This document shows positions 7,738 through 12,949 of a stretch of 12,949 nucleotides of DNA, piece after piece. Numbering within the stretch: the first letter of the stretch is position 1; each line of letters opens with the position of its first letter. Below the pieces are notes generated by a model. The model ran no database searches. It saw nothing but the letters and a program-made list of their open reading frames with translations, and was not told the origin of the DNA. A program made the translations under genes and the position numbers. Origin of the DNA: Octopus sinensis (lineage: Eukaryota); contig NW_021826360.1 of the NCBI RefSeq assembly GCF_006345805.1, positions 1 to 12,949 of the forward strand, read 5' to 3'.

Positions 7738-7820
7738 TACTTCGAGCTATTCAGGTGGAGATAAGTTTGAAGAAAGTAAAGTTTGATGGAAATATTGGCC
7801 ATTTTTCATACTTTCCAGGG
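7734..7820 (+). other. Predicted first (leader) exon of a heat-inducible transcript
   Basis: Runs from the Inr to a GG|GTAAGC donor at 7821. Contains one weak-context ATG (7786; MEILAIFHTFQG). Inferred, no transcript data. Confidence 0.5.
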
Positions 7821-8205
7821 GTAAGCAGATAGAAAATAACAGTTGCTACCCAAGGACAAAACTCGTGTTTCACAGTGTTACACTCGTGTTACACAGACTC
7901 TGACTGTTTCAAAATTTCCTTTTTATCATTAGTGTGGTTTAGATCCAGGAGTAAGGAAAAATATTCGAAAAGAAGATGAATTAATTTAATTTAAAATAGA
8001 AAATATCGTTTTTGAACTATTTTAAAACTATTTTATGAGAAAGTGATATGTGTGCGCGTGCGTATGTGTGTGTATGTGGTGTGTGTGTGTGTGAGTGTGG
8101 AGAGAGATAGATAGATAGAGAGAGAGAGAAGGAGAGGAAGAAGAGAGAATAGTATAGGTCTCAAAGAAGAAATCTCATGATGATGATGATGAGGATGATG
8201 ATAAT

Positions 8206-8418
8206 GGTTTCAAATTTTGCCACAAGGGCACCCGTTTTGAGAGAGGGGATAAGTCAATTACATCGACCCAGCGTTTCACTGGTACTTAATTTATCGATCC
8301 CGAAAGGATAAAAGGCAAAAGTGACCTTGGCGGAATTTGAACTCAGAACATAAAGACGGACGAAATTCTTAGCGGCATTTCGTCCAAAGTGCTAATGATT
8401 CTGCCAGCTCACCGCCTT
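8206..8418 (-). mobile_element. tRNA-derived SINE family A, full-length, tail variant ...CCCTTGTGGCAAAATTTGAAACC(ATC/ATT)n
   Basis: Head AAGGCGGTGAGCTGGCAGAATC, B box and central block are all present. (GAT)n tail at 8177-8205. Confidence 0.9.
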
Positions 8419-8419
8419 G

Positions 8420-8427
8420 ATAATAAC

Positions 8428-8499
<72 letters not shown>
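8420..8499. repeat. (AAT)n, tail of the SINE at 8500-8719
   Basis: Direct inspection. Confidence 0.95.
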
Positions 8500-8719
8500 C
8501 CTTTCTACTATAGGCACAAGGCCTGAAATCTGTGGGGAGGAGTATAATCGATCACATCGACCCCAGTACTTATACTTGACAAGTACTTAATTTATAGACC
8601 CCGAAAGGTTGAAAGGCAAAGTCGACCTGAGCGGAATCTGAATCCAGAACCTTAACACGAAGGAAATGCCGGAAAGCGTTTCGACCGGCGTGCTAACGAT
8701 TCTGCCAGTTCACCGCCTT
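8500..8719 (-). mobile_element. tRNA-derived SINE family A, full-length, tail variant ...GGCCTTGTGCCTATAGTAGAAAGG(ATT)n
   Basis: Head AAGGCGGTGAACTGGCAGAATCGTTAGCACGCCGG and central block present. More diverged than the other copies. Confidence 0.88.
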
Positions 8720-8721
8720 GA

Positions 8722-8786
<65 letters not shown>

Positions 8787-8805
8787 ACAATAGTAATAAT
8801 GTTGC

Positions 8806-8836
<31 letters not shown>
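8722..8836. repeat. (TAG)21 followed by (GAT)n
   Basis: TAG run 8722-8785; GAT run ~8807-8836. Confidence 0.95.
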
Positions 8837-8839
<3 letters not shown>

Positions 8840-9147
8840 CTCTCCCTTAGAAAACGGCATATGAACATTCAGCTTTTGTCGAACGACCTGCACCAATGAT
8901 TTGTTTATAGTGATCAAAAGTTCGTGCCGCACACTAGCTCTCTCTCTCTCTCTCTGCATCAAATCGGCGTTGCTTGAACAGGTGCGCCGTGTACCACACA
9001 TCAAGTGTGTCAAAGGGACGGTCGAGCAACGTGAGATGAAGTGTTTTGCTCAAAAAACACAACGCACCACCCGGACTAGGAACTGAAACCACGATCTCGC
9101 GGCGATCGTGAGTGCAATGCCCTAACCCCTAAACCATGAGTCTTCAC
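8837..9147 (-). mobile_element. tRNA-derived SINE family C (CORE-like segment), inserted in (GAT)n
   Basis: Minus strand: head GTGAAGACTCATGGTTTAGGGGTTAGGGC (degenerate A box), degenerate B box GTTTCAGTTCCT, then TTGTGTTTTTTGAGCAAAACACTTCATC (CORE-like). An internal (GA)n is present, and GAT repeats flank both sides. Confidence 0.7.
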
Positions 9148-9270
9148 GATGATGATGATGATGATGAGGATGATGATGGTGGTGGTGGTGGTGGTGGTAG
9201 TGGATGGTGGTGGTGGTGGTGGTGTGGTGGTGGTGGTGGTGGTGGTGGTGGTGGTAGTAGTAGCAGTAGT
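9148..9270. repeat. (GAT)n-(GGT)n-(AGT)n compound trinucleotide repeat
   Basis: Direct inspection. It explains the poly-P/H/S ORF. Confidence 0.95.
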
Positions 9271-9911
9271 GAAATGTTACATTGAATGACGATGGCTAAG
9301 ATATTCAGTTCAGAGGGACGTTTAAGAAAGTCCCAGATGCAATTTGTTCCTTTCTTGCCCGAACACACACGGATATGACTGAAGTTGAAATATGTTCCCG
9401 TATTCCAAAGCTATTGCATTGACTTGAGAGAAAATTTGGCATTGAATATACACTATGGAGACTCATAGCATCATCTGTAGAAAAAAACAAAACAAATAAA
9501 AAAAATCTAAAAATGACTTCCGTTTCTGTGAACAAAGAATGATTTCCAAAATATTTTAGAAATATTCGTTAAATGTTTTCAAATACTTTTTTGTTTTGTT
9601 TTGTTATGTTTTGTTTTTTTTCTCTGCCAAAGAACAGGAGGAAATTCATCATTGTTTTTAAAATATCCTTTTATAATTCTTGAAATATTTTAATTTACGT
9701 CCAGACCACACCAAAATGATGAGAAAACAATTTCTGGGGGAAGTCTATCCGTGATTATGAAAAAGATAAATGATCTTATTCAAAATGAAAGAAAAAAAAT
9801 ATAGTTTTTAATTACTTTTAATTGTTTCATAAAAATAGCCAACAAGAAATTAATTTATGTATATACGTGTACGGATGTAGATATATATGCGTATTGTATA
9901 TATGTATGTAT

Positions 9912-10144
9912 AAGGCGGTGAGCTGGCAGAAACGTTAGCACGCCGGGCGAAATACGCAGCCGTATTTCGTCTGCCGTTACGTTCTGAGTTCAAATTCCGC
10001 CGAGGTCAACTTTGCCTTTCATCCTTTCGAGGTCGATAAATTAAGTACCAGTTACGCACTGGGGTCGATGTAATCGACTTAATACGTATGTCTGTCCTTG
10101 TTTGTTCCCCCTGTGTTTAGCCCCTTGTGGGTAATAAAGAAATA
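9912..10144 (+). mobile_element. tRNA-derived SINE family A, full-length, with target-site duplication
   Basis: A-box-like TGGCAGAAACG (9924-9934), 9-bp hairpin (9948-9969), B box AGTTCAAATTC (9987-9997), central block and tail ..GAAATA. ATATGTATGTAT lies on both sides (9900-9911 and 10142-10153). Confidence 0.93.
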
Positions 10145-10180
10145 TGTATGTATGTATACACACACATACATACATATATA

Positions 10181-10217
<37 letters not shown>
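10145..10217. repeat. (TATG)/(CA)/(TA) microsatellite
   Basis: Direct inspection. Confidence 0.9.
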
Positions 10218-10218
<1 letters not shown>

Positions 10219-11089
10219 CAAAAGAGCGGGGTGTTTCCACGCAGGAAAAAATATAGGAAAATGTGTGGTTGAAAATGCACCTAAATTTCAAAAACTCGTA
10301 AATGTTTAAAATACATTTATTTACATATGTACCAAACTTGTTTCAACAATATTTTTTTGTTTATCAATGGTAAAAGTTTAAAATTATGAATTAGAAAAAC
10401 ATGTTTAAAAGTTTCAATGTTGACAAATTAAAATGTTCAAAACAGATAAATTTAGCATTGTGAATTAGGAGGACAGGTGCAAGTTTGAATGTTCATATAG
10501 CAGTCAGTAATATTAAAACTATATGAATTTGTTTGAATACACAAAGTTCATTAATGTTAGTGGTAATCGACAAGTCATAATGAGTTAAGAGGGAAAAATA
10601 GAAGGGAAAAATGAAAATAGTAAAAAAAAAAGGGGGGGGGGAATTTGGTTTACAGTTTCTCCGATCCTCTTTCTTTCCGTAGACGCTTTCGCATGTTAAG
10701 AAAATATATCAACCCATTTTAACCCACTACTCTGGTTTGAGGACAGTTGTATTTGGTTTGTTTACTGCATTAAAGGTTAACTGGACGCTTCTATATGTTT
10801 GTTATCCCTATTTATAGAACTATCTTCAAAATTTCGACAGGGTTAAGCTGGGTTAAAATAGGTTAATTTATAATTTTTCAAACCGATCACATGGAGGAAT
10901 GGTGTTCATCTCCATTTTGAATGGAAACACCACATGTGTGTGCATGCATCTATATATGTGTATATAATATATATATATATATATAGAATTATATATATAT
11001 AATATATCGTGAAATTTGATTTAGTTTTACTAAATTGAGTTTGTTCTCCCGTTGTCTTGGAATTTTATATTTCCCACTATTAATAATAT

Positions 11090-11429
11090 GTGTATATATG
11101 TATATATACAAATGTTTGTATGTATATATATGTGTGCGTGTATGCGAATATATAAATATGATGATGGCTGTGTACTTGTTGATAGAAGATGCTTGCTCAT
11201 GGTGCCACACACGTGTGTGTGTATGTATATATATATATGAGTATTTAATATATATATATATATGTGTGTGTGTGTGTCTATATATATATATATATGAGCA
11301 TATTATATGTATGTATGCATATATCTGTCTGTATATCTATCTATCTATTTATCTATCTGTCTGTCTATCTGTCTGTCTGTCTGTCTCTCTCACTATCAAT
11401 CTATTTACCTCTCTCTTTATATATATATC

Positions 11430-11461
<32 letters not shown>

Positions 11462-11580
11462 AGTATACACATTCATTGTGTTAGTTATTCCACACTCACA
11501 CACATACTTATATATACGTCATGTGTTAATGTTTGTTTCTGTGTGCGCGTTTGTGTGTGCGTGTGTTCGCGCATATATAT
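11090..11580. repeat. Patchwork of (TA), (TG), (TCTA), (TCTG) microsatellites
   Basis: Direct inspection. Confidence 0.85.
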
Positions 11581-11823
11581 CATAACATTGTCAAATGCAA
11601 ATATTTCCCAGATAGTATGGCGACCGGCCAAGATAAGTAGGATTTTATGAAGCATAAATATGATTGTGTGAGGAGAACTTCTGGTAGGATCCATTTTTAT
11701 GTTCCTAGTTCTGATACACTGAAGAGGTATTTAGATGAGGCATCTACAATATACAAAAACAGTACTATATATTCTAGGACATAATATGAAAGCAAATATT
11801 TCGAAGATATAATGATTTAACAC

Positions 11824-12283
11824 TACTAGTTTTCAACCGGGGTCTATATGATCCCTGGGGGTCCATAAACCCATTTTCCTTTAGATGTATTTATTGCAGG
11901 AAAAAGCTAGGTTTCTTTCTTAGGTGTGGAAAACAAAATAGGAATTTTGAAAGAAGGTTCTACAAAACTAGCTTTTAAACATCGAATAGCTAAGGGGGTC
12001 CACCAGAATAGTAATTAAAGGGGTCCATAGATAAAAAAAAAAACATGGTCGAGAACCCCTGCTTTAGATGTATGTATTGGTATGTATTGTAAGAAACAGA
12101 TAGAGTTCTTTCTCTAACATTTTACATAGTTCAACCTACACAAGTTAATGTGTTAAGAACAAAATAGGAATTTTGAAAATTTCTATTAAACTAGTTCTTA
12201 AGCATCGATTGATTGTAAGGGTCCACCAGAATAAAATAGTAATCAAAAGGGGTCCATGAGCTAAACATGGTTGAGAAGTACTG
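11824..12283. mobile_element. hAT-like MITE with a duplicated right end
   Basis: Degenerate left end TAGTTTTCAACCGGGGTC (~11827). Two right ends: GGTCGAGAACCCCTG (12047-12061) and GGTTGAGAAGTACTG (12269-12283), resembling CAGTGGTTCTCAACC-type hAT TIRs. Subterminal GGGGTCC motifs are repeated. Tandem units start with CTTTAGATGTAT at 11879 and 12062. Confidence 0.65.
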
Positions 12284-12408
12284 TATTACACATTAGAAAA
12301 CGTGTGTTATCAATGTTACGATGCCATATGTAGGATATCAAATGGGTGTTGTGTAAGATACGATAATGAAGATACAATATTTAGCGTTTGAAAACAACGG
12401 CTCAATAT

Positions 12409-12575
12409 TGATTTCAAATTTTAGCAGAAGGCCAACAAATTTGGGGGAGGGGTTAAGTCGATAATATCGACCCCTTTGATCAACTGGAACTTATTTTATC
12501 GACCCTGAATCGGATAAAAGACAAAGTCAACCTCGGTAGAATTTGAACTCAGAAAATAAAGGCGGACGAAATGCC
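12409..12575 (-). mobile_element. tRNA-derived SINE family A, 5'-truncated copy
   Basis: Tail like that of 8206-8418. Central block and B box present. The sequence ends at GAAATGCC, the same point as the 4897-5047 copy. Confidence 0.85.
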
Positions 12576-12581
12576 TTCGGA

Positions 12582-12881
12582 CGTCACTCACTACCACATA
12601 ACTCACCTCCATATCACTCACCTTCACATCACTCACCGCTGCATCACTCAACACCATATTACTCATCTCCACATCACTCACCACTGAATCACTCACCGCT
12701 GCATCACTCACCGCTGCATTACTCACCGCTGCCTCACTCACCTCCACATCACTCACTTCCACATCACTCAGTTGCACACCACTCACCGCTGCATCACTCA
12801 CCTCTTCATCACTGACTACCACATCGCTCACCGCCACATCATTCACTACTAGATCACTCAACATAACATCACTCACTATGT
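12582..12881. repeat. 15-bp minisatellite, 20 units (consensus CATCACTCACC-GCTG/TCCA)
   Basis: The ACTCA core recurs at exactly 15-nt spacing from 12586 to 12871 with no indels. Confidence 0.97.
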
Positions 12882-12949
12882 CACATTACCCCCACTACCA
12901 CCACCATCCAAACCCCACTTCCACCCCCGCGCCATTTCACTGACACCAG

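Noticed and set aside
8666-9368. Poly-S/D, poly-I/T and poly-P/H ORFs
   Set aside because: Translations of TAG, GAT and GGT microsatellites and SINE sequence.
9912-10000. Possible tRNA gene (A and B boxes)
   Set aside because: No acceptor-stem pairing; it continues into the SINE body and is multi-copy within the window.
10888-10938. Bulged hairpin (CACATG/CATGTG, GGTGTT/AACACC, TCCATT/AATGGA)
   Set aside because: Three short helices with asymmetric bulges and a 3-nt loop; a poor pre-miRNA and plausible by chance.
11595-11602. Octamer motif ATGCAAAT
   Set aside because: A single 8-mer in AT-rich DNA with no accompanying snRNA or promoter elements.
12496-12876. 126-aa (VSDxx)n ORF as an annotated CDS
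   Set aside because: The open frame follows from the repeat consensus, and the ORF runs on into a SINE. It is kept only as an alternative hypothesis in the findings.

Overview
AT-rich, microsatellite-dense eukaryotic non-coding DNA with no intact protein-coding gene. Nearly all supplied ORFs are microsatellite or SINE read-through. The repeat content (several tRNA-derived SINE families with trinucleotide tails, a maT-type mariner relic, MITEs) resembles octopod cephalopod genomes as I recall them; this is unverified. Contents: an internally deleted Tc1/mariner (maT/DD37D-like) transposase pseudogene (304-903, minus) with a 106-bp duplication; a 68-86 bp compound minisatellite; about 11 SINE copies or fragments from at least 3 families; a TTAA-flanked Kolobok-like MITE; a hAT-like MITE with two right ends; and a 20 x 15-bp array. 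The strongest functional signal is a classic heat-shock promoter on the + strand: eight perfect alternating nGAAn units (7645-7684), TATAAATA (7702-7709), Inr TCAGTT (7732-7737) and a splice donor at 7821. No heat-shock-protein CDS follows in the remaining 5.2 kb. A mirror-image Inr on the minus strand hints at bidirectional use.
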